Under the pieces are notes generated by a model. It saw nothing but the letters and a program-made list of their open reading frames with translations, had not been told where the DNA came from and searched no databases. The position numbers and the translations under genes are program-made. From Eledone cirrhosa (lineage: Eukaryota), in the NCBI GenBank assembly GCA_964016885.1, contig OZ024746.1, forward strand, positions 63,426,001 through 63,490,000: a stretch of 64,000 nt of DNA, given 5' to 3'. Shown in pieces: positions 13,901 through 25,900 of the stretch (positions within the stretch are counted from its first letter, which is position 1; every line of letters begins with the position of its first letter).

Positions 13901-16900
13901 CCAGATATACAACTTTCACATGTAAACTCTACAGAATCCAGAGCTATGACTATAATACAGCTTTAAGAGTGTCTGCAGCTTATGGAATCATTTAACATTA
14001 TGTGAAAATATAGTCATTCTCTCCTCAAAAAAGAGTTCCTACCTTTGAAAATCCAGCCATTCGCCAATGTTTGTTTTTCTCTTTGGCATCCATACCTTTT
14101 TCATCACTGTAGTTCAAGTGAGAATGAACATTTGTTTCTAAAGATGTGGATGATGCAGAAGTCTTGGTTATATTGTTACACAGCTGAAGAAATTGCCTGA
14201 AATAAAATATTGCTATATAGCTGAAGAAATTGCCTGAAATACAATAATGCTATGCAGCTGAAGAAATTACCTGAAATACAATAATGCTATGCAGCTGAAG
14301 AAATTGTCTGAAATACAATATTGCTACATTGCTGAAGAAATTGCCTGAAATACGATATTGCTACACAGCTGAAGAAATTGCCTAAAATACAATTTTGCTA
14401 CATAGCTGAAGATATTGCCTGAAATACAATAATACTATGCAGCTTCTAGGCTATGAATTTTTAGCCAATTTTCTAAACATTTTTATTTTCACAGCTACTG
14501 TGCCTCATATATACAATCTCATAGATGAAATAGATATCAACATAAAATATATTGTTTCTTACTCTAGAGGAAATTTTGATTCAGTATTTGTTCTTCCATT
14601 TTCCTCTTGTCCATCTTCAAATTCCTCATTATCTACAATCAACATTTCAGAATCTTCAGCAGATGTATGTTTAAAGTGTTGAGAAGGGTGAACATGCTCT
14701 TTAGGTACAAGATAACCCCATCCGTATTTATCAGTGAAGTGTACAGGATAACCATCCCATGTAAGACGGAGTAATTTTGGTGTTACTCGAAGTTGAGATG
14801 TGATTAATGATGGCCCTGCTTCCCAATCAGGGTCAGTTATTCTGGGACAAAGTTTCCGGTACCACCTATGAAAATAGTAAAAGAAAGTTATCTTAATAAT
14901 ATCAAGAATATGTCTCAGAGAAAATTCCTCAAGGGAGTGTTCTGCATACTAAATACACACATAATAGATTCTCATGGCATGTATTACAAGCATGAAAAGC
15001 TGGACACACTCCACACCTGCTCTCCCATGATGCTGTTGCCACAACTAATAACATTTAGTCCACCTTGTAAATGACACCCAGGTGACAAGACAAAAAGCAC
15101 CTGGTCCAACCAGTAAGATGGTTGTGCTCATGACACAACAAAAATCACCCAGTCGACCTTGTAAGGTGGTTGTGTTGGTGACACAATAAAAAGCATTAGT
15201 CAACCTTGTAAGGTGGTTGTGTTGGTGACACAACAAAAAGCATTAGTCAACCCTGTAAGGTGGTTATGCAGGTGACAACAAAAGGCACCCAGTCAACCTT
15301 GTAAGGTGGTTGTGCTGGTGACACAAAAAGCATTAGTCAACCCTGTAAGGTGGTTATGCAGGTGACAACAAAAAGCACCCAGTCAACCTTGTAAGGTGGT
15401 TGTGCTGGTGACACAACAAAAAGCATTAGTCAACCCTGTAAGGTGGTTATGCAGGTGACAACAAAAAGCACCCAGTCAACCTTGTAAGGTGGTTGTGCTG
15501 GCAACATGAGAAAAAGCACCCAGTCCACTCAGTAAAGTAGTTGTTTTGGTGACACAACAAAAAAACCAAACACCCAGTCCACCCTGTAAAGTAGCCATAC
15601 TGGTAGCAAAATATAAAGCACAATGAAAACGCACTCAGTCCACTCTGGCAGATGGTTGTTTTAGTGCCACAATAAAATGCACCCAGTCCACTCTGGCAGA
15701 TGGTTGTTTTAGTGCCACGATAAAATGCACCCAGTCCACCCTGTCAGATGGTCGTTTTAGTGCCACGATAAAATGTACCCAGTCCACCCTGTCAGATGGT
15801 CGTTTTAGTGCCTTGATAAAATGCACCCAGTCCACCCTGTCAGATGGTCGTTTTAGTGCCACGATAAAAATGCACCCAGTCCACCCTGTCAGATAGTCGT
15901 TTTAGTGCCACGATAAAAATGCACCCAGTCCACCCTGTCAGATAGTCGTTTTAGTGCCACGATAAAATGCACCCAGTCCACCCTGTCAGATGGTCATTTT
16001 AGTGCCTCGATAAAATGCACCCAGTCCACCCTGTCAGATGGTCGTTTTAGTGCTACGATAAAATGCACCCAGTCCACCCTGTCAGATAGTCGTTTTAGTG
16101 CTACGATAAAATGCACCCAGTCCACCCTGGCAGATAGTCGTTTTAGTGCCACGATAAAATGCACCCAGTCCACCCTGTCAGATGGTCGTTTTAGTGCCAC
16201 AATAAAAATGCATCCAGTCCATATTGTAATGTGGAAAGGCATCCAGTTGTAGAAACCAAGCCATAAATAGTTCCAAATAAGTAAGACACAGTCACTTTAC
16301 CTGACTTATTTCATAATGTGAAGATCACAGATGATACTCACTTCATCCTGACTAAGCAATTTAAAAACAAAAGCAAACAAAAAAGAACTAAAATATTATT
16401 TAGTAATAATTTCAAAGTTCTCTTACGCAGGATATCCTGGTTTGTGTGTGGGCCGTTTGTACAATAAAGCTGCTGTAGAAAGAATGTTCTTATATATATT
16501 TTCAAATTCATCATCTGACTCATCAAGTTTAGTTGAATTTTTTTTTTTCTGGAAAATAAAAAATCCCAATTAAAATAATATGTAAACAAAGTAATGGGTG
16601 TCAAAATGAAATAATAATTAGACACAAAAATAAAATTAAAACATGACTGATATTAGACTTGGGGATTAGTTAGTGGGGTGAACAAACATGCACCAGTAAT
16701 ATATATTTAGTCTTGTTTATTATATTGGTGATAACTTAGGAAATGTCTAGCATTGTCTTAAGTGAAAATAGAAAGTATAAAGATAAAAAATACATAACAA
16801 ACTTAGAAGCAAAATAAATTTTCTTTCCATTTTGAAGTGATTTCCATAATGTTAAATGTTCATGAAATCATTGCTAACTTGTATTAATTCTTTCTATTTT

Positions 16901-19900
16901 TCCTACAGGGTCACTGAACTACCTACCTCCTTACAGAATGGGCTGGGTGCATTTCATCATGGCATCAGCACTACCACATTTCGATGATGATGTTGATGAG
17001 GATATGGTATTCACAAATATATATATATTGCTACTTACTTTAGTTGGAAGTTTCTTCATTTTAAGTTCTGCTACAGACCAGTCTAAATCCCACAGCCAAA
17101 CATCATCTTTATATCTATATTAACCAAAAACAATTTAAAATATTCATACAACAGTATTAAGTTATTTATACAATAGTATAAAGATATTTATACAATAGTA
17201 TAATCATTCTGTTTAACACTGTCACCTGTTTTGAGGATAACATGAGGGAGCCTCTATGCGTCCAAACTTTCAAAAAATAGCAGCTAAATCTCCCTCAAGT
17301 TACACATTATCATCTTTAAAAAAGAAGAGATGGAGGGAGAGTGAGCAAGGCAGAGGGGAGTGGTGATGGGTTAGGAAGGGAGGTGAGGAAGAAAGGGAGT
17401 GGAAGGAAGGAAGCTAACCTGTTGTTATGCGAAAGTTCACAAGCTGTATCTGCTAGCTGGATTAACAACAATTTCAACTCTCTCTGATAATCATTATAGC
17501 TATCATTAGCTCTCTGTTTGTAGAGTTCCCAGTTTTGATTAATTGGTAAATAAGCATTACCCATTTCAAACATACCAGACAATGTAACAGGATGAGGAAA
17601 CCTGATAAAAACAGAAAGCATTTTGTCAATTATAATACTTATTTCTTTTGTCTGAGTTAAAATAATATTAAATAATGTTCAATTTAAAATTTTAAATAAA
17701 AAAGTTAAATTACTGTGAGAACTTATTACCTATATAGAATTCATATAAAGTGATTGCCATCCTGTAAGGTGATCGTGATTGTGACATGAGAAAAAGCACC
17801 CAGTCCACACTGTAAGGTGATTGTGATGGTGACATGACAAAAGGTACCCAGTCCACACAGTAAGGTGGTTCTGTTGGTGACACGATAAAAAGCACCCAGT
17901 CCACACAGTAAGGTGGTTCTGTTGGTGACACGATAAAAAGCACCCAGTCCACACAGTAAGGTGGTTCTGTTGGTGACACGATAAAAAGCACCCAGTCCAC
18001 ACAGTAAGGTGGTTCTGTTGGTGACACGATAAAAAGCACCCAGTCCACACAGTAAGGTGGTTCTGTTGGTGACACGATAAAAAGCACCCAGTCCACACAG
18101 TAAGGTGGTTCTGTTGGTGACACGATAAAAAGCACCCAGTCCACACAGTAAGGTGGTTCTGTTGGTGACACGATAAAAAGCACCCAGTCCACATAGTAAG
18201 GTGGTTCTGTTGGTGACACGATAAAAAGCACCCAGTCCACACAGTAAGGTGGTTCTGTTGGTGACACGATAAAAAGTACTGTCCACACAATAAGGTAGTT
18301 GTGCTAGTGACACGATAAAGATCACCCTGTCCAGACAGTAATGTGGTTGGTGTTAGGAAGGACATCCAGCCATAGAAACCAAGCCAAAATACAGATCTGG
18401 GTTATCACGTTATGGACGACTTGTCTCATAACGGTACAACCCAGTTAACCCATGTAAGCATGGAAATGGACATTTAATGATGACATCCTGGTGATAGGAC
18501 TTGGTGAAATTTGTCAAATGCAACCTCACAGGATCATGGTGAAACTTGTACATATGTGAGTCATAACAACAAAAATTATGATGAAATTATAATCTAAAAA
18601 AATATATATTTCTAATAATATTTGCTTAAAAACAATAAATCTATATTTAAATATTTCTATGGTAAAACAAAAAAATGTACTAACCGGCTGAGAAATTTCG
18701 GCCAAAGCTGTGTAAATACCTCATGTGTAGCAATAACATCTTTGGAACAATAAGACATCAAACTCTAGAAAATAAATAATTTTATCAAAGAGAATGAAAA
18801 CAGAATTTAACAGTTCTTTCAATTCCTGTTTATTGAAAGAAATAACTCATCACCATAATTTTATGTCTACTTTTCCTTGTTGACATGGGTTGAACACATT
18901 TTTTAAGGCAGTATTCTACAGCCGAATACATTCATGCCATTAGCCTGTACTTGATTATTTTTTAAGTGTGATATTTAGCATCCCTGTTTAATGTCTATTT
19001 TCTTAGATGGATTATCACATACTGAGGTTGGACATATCAGGTGGCCACTTCTTGTTCATTTGCTCCATTTTTGGCTTGGTTTCTATGGCTGGATGCCCTT
19101 CTTAATTCCAACTACTTTATAGCAAGTACTGGAAGCATTATATCAGGACACCAGCACTACCACCTTACATGGTGGACTGAGTGATTTTCATCGTGGAACC
19201 AACACCAACACCTTACAGGTGCCTTAGTCATGGCACCAACACTATCCCCTTTCAGAGTGGGCTGAGTGCTTTTTATCATGACACCAAGTTATATCAACTT
19301 TTTTATCCTAGCATGAATTAGATAGGACTTTTTAGGCAATGTTTTACAGCCCTTCCTAACACCATCTCTTTTAGTTATGTCTTATTACATACAAACAAGG
19401 ATATGGTGTACCTTACAGCACTGACATCCATTTCCAATTCTCTATGATCCATAATCAATAATATACATTAACCCTTTGATTACCATATTTCTAATGAAAT
19501 ACACTCCTACTGTGTTTCGATTGATTTTGAAAATAATCATTAAAATGGAGGAATTTAGTAAAATAACTTTTTCAATATTAAGGTAATGTTTGGAACACCT
19601 AACAAAACGTTTTTTTACATAAAATTATGATGAAAGGTTTTAATATAAGCAGGAACACTTTAAAATGGGAAGTTTTGTATCACAGAACTGGGGGGCTGGT
19701 TTCATGTGGGTTGATATCAAAAGAGTTAAAGTCTTAGAAATATCAAGAATTAATTTACAAACCTGAAAATCCTTTCTTACGTCCAACATAGTTCCACTGA
19801 TAAAGACTTCTCTCTTGGATTTTTCTAAAGGTTCACCATTGCAATGGAACTGATAAACATCATTGAGATTATTCATTGTCCCAACATCCATCCAGTTTAC

Positions 19901-22900
19901 ATTCTACAAATATATATATATAGCAATAGAGATAATTGTTTCTACGTTAGGCACAAGGCCAACAATTTACCAGTGCATTACTGGTACTTTATTTTATCGA
20001 CCCCGTAAGGATGAAAGGCAAAGTTAACCTCGGCGGGATTTGAACTCAGAATGGCAAGGGCCGTAACTCTATACGTCAAAGCATGGCGTCCGACCCTCTC
20101 CCAATACTGCCAATCCACCGCCCTTATATAGCAATAGAGATAATGAGAGTGGAATAATCCACTATTATTTTGGTAAGGTGCGTCAAGCTCGATACATTAT
20201 TAAAATTGACAGCATGAAGGACTCCAAGTCAAAAGTGTATTCCAAAGGGTTACAATACTGCGATACTGGTAGATGAAGACAGTGAAAACCGCAGAGTATA
20301 AATAATTAATATAAAATAAATAGGAACGGATGTGTGGGGCTATTTTAAACGGGTTTAACTGATACTGAAGTCTAATATTTTAATAACTTTAGAATAAGAT
20401 AAGGCAATTTTATCAAAGAGAGATAACCTGTCATTCAAGAGGTGTGCATGTAAATATCATCAGCATCGTCATCGTTTTTATGTCCGTTTTTCCATGCTTG
20501 CATCGGTTGGACGGGTTTCTCAGCACAGCATCTTTCCACTTGTCGCGTTCCTTCATCTCCTCTGCCAGTCTGAACGATTTGAGGTCAGTTCTCACAACCT
20601 CAGCCCAGGTCTTTCTTGGTCGTCCTCTACTGCGGCTTCCTTCCACTGGGATTTCCTGTCATTTCTTCACCCATCGGTCATTGTCCATGCACATCACATG
20701 TCAATACCAACACAGTCTTCTCTCCTGTATATCACCTTGGATTCCCCTTAAATCCAGCTTCTCCCTCTACTCTCACACTTACATTGCACATCCAACGAAA
20801 GATAATTGTTTCATTTTTTTTCAGTCTATGCATGTTTTCTGTAGCCACAGCCCATGTTTCACTACCATGATGCACACAGGCATCATACAGCCTTCCTTCT
20901 GTACGTAGGGAGAAACCTTTTATTGTCAACAGTGGGAGTAGTTCTCTAAACTTCTTCCATCCTCTCCTTATTCTAGCTATTATACTCTCGGCGCAACCTC
21001 CTCCTCTGCTAATTAGGTTACCTAGATAGCAGAAGATATCAACCACATCTATGGACCCTTCCTGTGACCGGAAAAGGTTTATATATATTTCTATATACAG
21101 AAATGTGTGTGTATGTGTGTGCGTAAAAATATACACAGATCACGTTGCTGAGATGCTGAAGGCATCAGGAGACGTAGGTACTAAACTGGTTGCAGGCATC
21201 GTCAATCAAGCTATACATGGCGGAGTCATACCCAAAAACTGGGGCAGCAGTATTCTCATAAATTGCTACAAAGGTAATGGGGATGCTCTGGAGAGGAGCA
21301 ATTCTAGAGGTATACAATTAATGGATTAGGTTATGAAAGTGGCAGAAAGAATATTAGCACAACTAATTAGAGAAAGGGTCAAACTAGATGAGATGCAGTT
21401 TGGTTTTGTGCCTGGGAAGAGTACAACAGATGCCCTCTTCTTGGTGAGACAACTACAAGAGAGTTTCTTAGAGAAGAATAAGCCACTATACTTAGCTTTT
21501 GTTGACCTAGAGAAGGCCTTTGATAGGATACCCCGATCTGTCATCTGGTGGTCCCTAAAGAAACTAGGTGTAGAGGAATGGCTTGTGAGGACAATGCAAG
21601 CTTTGTACAGGGGTGCTGTCAGTAAAGTGAGGGTAGGAATGGAGTTTAGTGAAGAATTCCAGATATAAGTAGGAGTACATCAGGGTTCGGTCCTCAGCCT
21701 GCTCATGTTCATTATAGTCCTCCAAGCCATAACAGAGGAGTTTAAGAGTGGCTGCCTATGGGAACTTCTCTATGCTGACGATCTGGTTCTTATAGCAGAA
21801 TCAGTAGAGGAACTAGAGAATAAATTCTGGCTATGGAAACAGCAGTTGGAAGCAAGAGGACTGAGAGTGAACTTAGCTAAAAAAAGTGTTGATAAGTAGA
21901 AAAGAAGACAAAACTCTGATTCCATGGATATGTAGAAAAGGAACTGGCATAAGATTTTGCGGAACTGCAACTAATGATTTCTGCTCTGAGAAGGGAAGTT
22001 GCAGGAATAGTGGCAAGCATTCAGGTAGGACCCCACAATGAGGGGTCTTATCGGAATGCCTTGCTAAAGAATCTCCCTGTACCTCTTGCTGAAAAGACTG
22101 CGGAATCTGCTACCCATGAAGTGATTGCCATTGGGGTACCAGAGGACAAGGCTGATCTTCAGGCATTTGCTGCCAGCTCAGCCAAAGACCTAGGCTGTGT
22201 TCCCCCAAAGGGTACTCTCTGCCTTGGTCGACCTGGTCCAAAACCCAGACTCATCAGGCTGTCTTTTTCGGACCCCGCAGAGGCAACCTCATATCATCTG
22301 GCCTCTGCTAAAGCTGGGCGTGAAAATCGGATTACCTTCCGAACACGCCCAGGCCTACCACCCCATGTATGTCCAAAGCTACGTGCTGCAGCTTCCTTGA
22401 ATCGAAACTCAGCACAAGATGAAAGTTTTAGTCTGCGTGATGATGGGCAGATCTGGAGGTTTGTCAAGGCTGGTGAAACGTGGAAGAGAGATACCAGCTG
22501 GTCTAAGTTTGATCTACCCACAATAACTGGCAATGTAAAAACTGCTACAACTCTGGGAAACTAAACCAGAACAACCTGCCACCCTCTACACACCATCATA
22601 AACTGCGAGCAGGGTACAAATTGTTGTCCTTAAATGCTCGCAGTTTATGCAACAAGATACATCTGTTCGAATCCTATGTCAGAAGCATCGACCGTGACTT
22701 CATCACAGTCACGGAAACATGGGCACATTCCTTACTCTGTGATGGGGTTTTCAGCATTACTGGGTACAACCTTTTCCGCAAGGACCGCATTAACCGCCGT
22801 GGTGGTGGTGTGATGGTCTACGTTCGTTCAAACTTTTCGGTAATTCCTTGCGTTGATTTGAACGAATCACAGGAAGAAGTTTTTTTCTGTGACATACGTA

Positions 22901-25900
22901 TGACCATGTCAACACTTCTGCTTGGTGTTGTTTATCGCCCCCCAAACTACCATCAGGACACACAGCTTTGTGATATCCTCAGAGTTGCTGCCAAGAAAAC
23001 AGCCACTTATGTGTTTATTGTAGGTGACTTCAATCATCCTGAGATCGATTGGGAAACCTTTCGTTGGCCACAAGGTGCAAACGATTTCCTTGAACTAGTG
23101 CTGGACTCAAACTGGTCACAAGTAGTCACCTCTCCAACAAGAGGTGACAACACTTTGGACCTGATCTTCACCACTACTCCTGAAGTGGTTATTAGTTGTA
23201 CTACTGAGGAACCTCTAGGCGACTCTGATCATGCTATGATCATTGCCAATCTGGTACTTGAGGGCAGCAACAAAAACCAGAGCCATCTCCAATCTGCTTG
23301 CTTTGATTGGAAGAGGGCGGATTGGAACTTGTACTGCACTGAGCTACAGCGCCCAAACTGGCATGAGATGTATAACTCTGGAGATGTGAACTCTATACTC
23401 CAGAGCATCCTGGCCTCAATATGGATAGCGTGTGCAGCATCAGTGCCACGGAAGCGGAAAAATAACCACCCCAAAAGTGCAATCTGGGAAACTTCAGCGG
23501 TCCGACTTGCCAGGAAAGAACGTCGGAACGCTGAACGGGAATATAAACTGCATAAATCAGATACCAACAGAAAAAAGCGGAATAAATCTTCTAACCATCT
23601 CAAGCAAGTGACAAAGAAGGCAGTGCTTGAATTTGAACAGTGCATCGCAACCAATCCTGACAGTAAGGTGTTCTGGAAATATGTTCATTCAAAGCAGAGA
23701 CCTCACTCTCCAGTTGGTCCTCTTCACAATCCCCACACAAGCCAGATCACTGACGATCCCAAGGAATGCGCAGAACTCATTGCTGAGTGCTATGCAAGTA
23801 TTTTTACTGTTGAAAACCAGAATGTACCATCTCCACCATCTCTAACATCAAATTCCATAACAACTATGGAATTTACACCTGCAATGTTGCGACGTCACCT
23901 TAAGAATAAGCGCAACTATGCCTCCCCTGGTCTTGATGGTGTGACATACCTGCTTCTCAAACGTGGCGGGTATTTCCTTTTGCGCCAGCTTTCTTTCTTC
24001 TTTCAATACTGTCTCAACAATGGTGCTACTCCGGAGCAGTGGAAAACTGCCAGTGTCATTCCCCTGTTCAAAAAGGGCAACTGCATGTCACCTGTCAACT
24101 ATCGTCCAGTCAGTCTTACTAGCTGTATGGCCAAACTGATGGAATCCTGTGTCAGAGAAACACTTTGGAACTTCTGGAGCTCTCACAGCCTCATCCGGCC
24201 CTCACAGTTTGGATTTATCCCTAACTCCAGCTGCTGTGATCAGCTTATCGAGTTCCTTGAGGACATCACCCGGATCACTGACAGCGGCTCATGGGTGGAT
24301 GTTGTTTACCTTGACTTTGCTAAGGCTTTTAACTCTGTGCCACACAAAAGACTTATGGCAAAACTCTCTGCAATGGGTGTGAGGGATGATCTTTTCGACT
24401 GGTTGAAATCCTTCATTCTCAGCCGAAAAGAAGTAGTCACGGTTCTAGGACAGCATTCTTCACCATATGAGATGTCATCTGGTGTACCACAGGGATCTGT
24501 TCTTGGTCCTCTTTTGTTTGTGGCATATATTAATGAAATAGATGCCAACTTACAGAATGCCACGGTACTAAAATATGCAGATGACATCAAGCTGTACCTT
24601 GAAATCAAAAGGACTGATCCTGAAATTTACAACTCTTTCCTACAATCAGACCTGGACACAATGCAGCAATGGATCACAGACTGGCAACTGAAGCTGGCTG
24701 GGGACAAGTGTACCACCATGCATTTTGGAAGGAAAAATCCAGCGTCCACATACTCCCTCCACAACACTGATATCAAAAAGTCCTCTTGTGAACGTGACCT
24801 GGGCATTACTGTCAGCAACAATTTGCGTTGGACAAAGCATGTCTCTAAGATTGTCAAGAAGGCCGAGGGTGTCTTGGCATCACTCAGCAAGACCTTTGTT
24901 AGCCGCTCTCCAGCCATCTATTTAAAACTGTAAACAGCTATGGTGCGACCACACTTGGAATTCGCATCATCAGTCTGGAACCCCTATCTTGCTCAGAACA
25001 TTGACCTCCTGGAAACTGTTCAGAGACGTGCAACCAAGCGCATACCCTCCATCAGACACCTACCATACTCTGAACGCCTTGCTTCCCTGGGCATGGATTC
25101 ATTGAAGCTCCGACGTCTGGCAATGGACTTGGTGAATACCCACAAAGTTTTTAACCATCTCGCCAATTGCAACACTGAGCGCCTCTTTGATCTCCATGTG
25201 TCTAACACACGTGGACATGCCTACAAGATCAGAAAACAGCACAGCTCCCATGACTTTCGTAGACATTTTTTCACGCTCAGAGTTGCTGAAGCATGGAACA
25301 AACTGCCTGCGTCAATTGTTAGCTGCCGAGACACTGCATCCTTTAAGACACTCATGCTTCCCGAAATACGCCAAAACTACACCTGATGTACCCCTTCCAT
25401 ACACATGCACACATGTGTGTATCATGACTCGTGCACTGTTCATTTTACTGATGTTTGTGCATTGCTCTATGTACTGTACATGCACTTTTTTGATGAGTTG
25501 TGGTGCACCTGGGCACTGTACACAATATTTCATTATTGTTATTATTATTATATCATGACTCATACACTGTTCATTTTCCTGACATTTGTACATTATTCTA
25601 TGTACTATACATGCACCTTTGATGAGTTGTAGTGCACCTGAGCACTGTACACAATAATTTCATTATTATTATAAATTCTATAAAATGTACACAATGCAGA
25701 CCTTGGATACATAAGAGATGTAGTGGGATAGCAGGCAAACCAACAGGTAGGGAAAAATATGTATGCAGTAGATGTACAGGGAAATTTGACAGTAAAAGTC
25801 GCAGTGATAGACACATTTTTCAAATGCAGGTAGATTCTATAGAAATGGTTATCTTCCGGTACCTAGGTGATCAGATTACCATCTGTTCTGAGGCCATAGT

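Larger units (their letters stand above)
21953..25670 (+). mobile_element. Near-intact CR1/L2-group LINE (partial ORF1, APE-RT ORF2, duplicated 3'UTR)
   Basis: Inserted in RTE between ATAA (21949-21952) and ATAA (25671-25674); CpG-rich relative to flanks; one nonsense codon. Confidence 0.95.

Noticed and set aside
12929-16220. CRISPR-like regular repeats
   Set aside because: Contiguous tandem units without unique spacers, in eukaryotic introns, with no cas genes.
17710-18365. Three overlapping 190-210 aa ORFs with repeated peptides
   Set aside because: Artefact of a stop-free 48-bp intronic minisatellite; no coding evidence.
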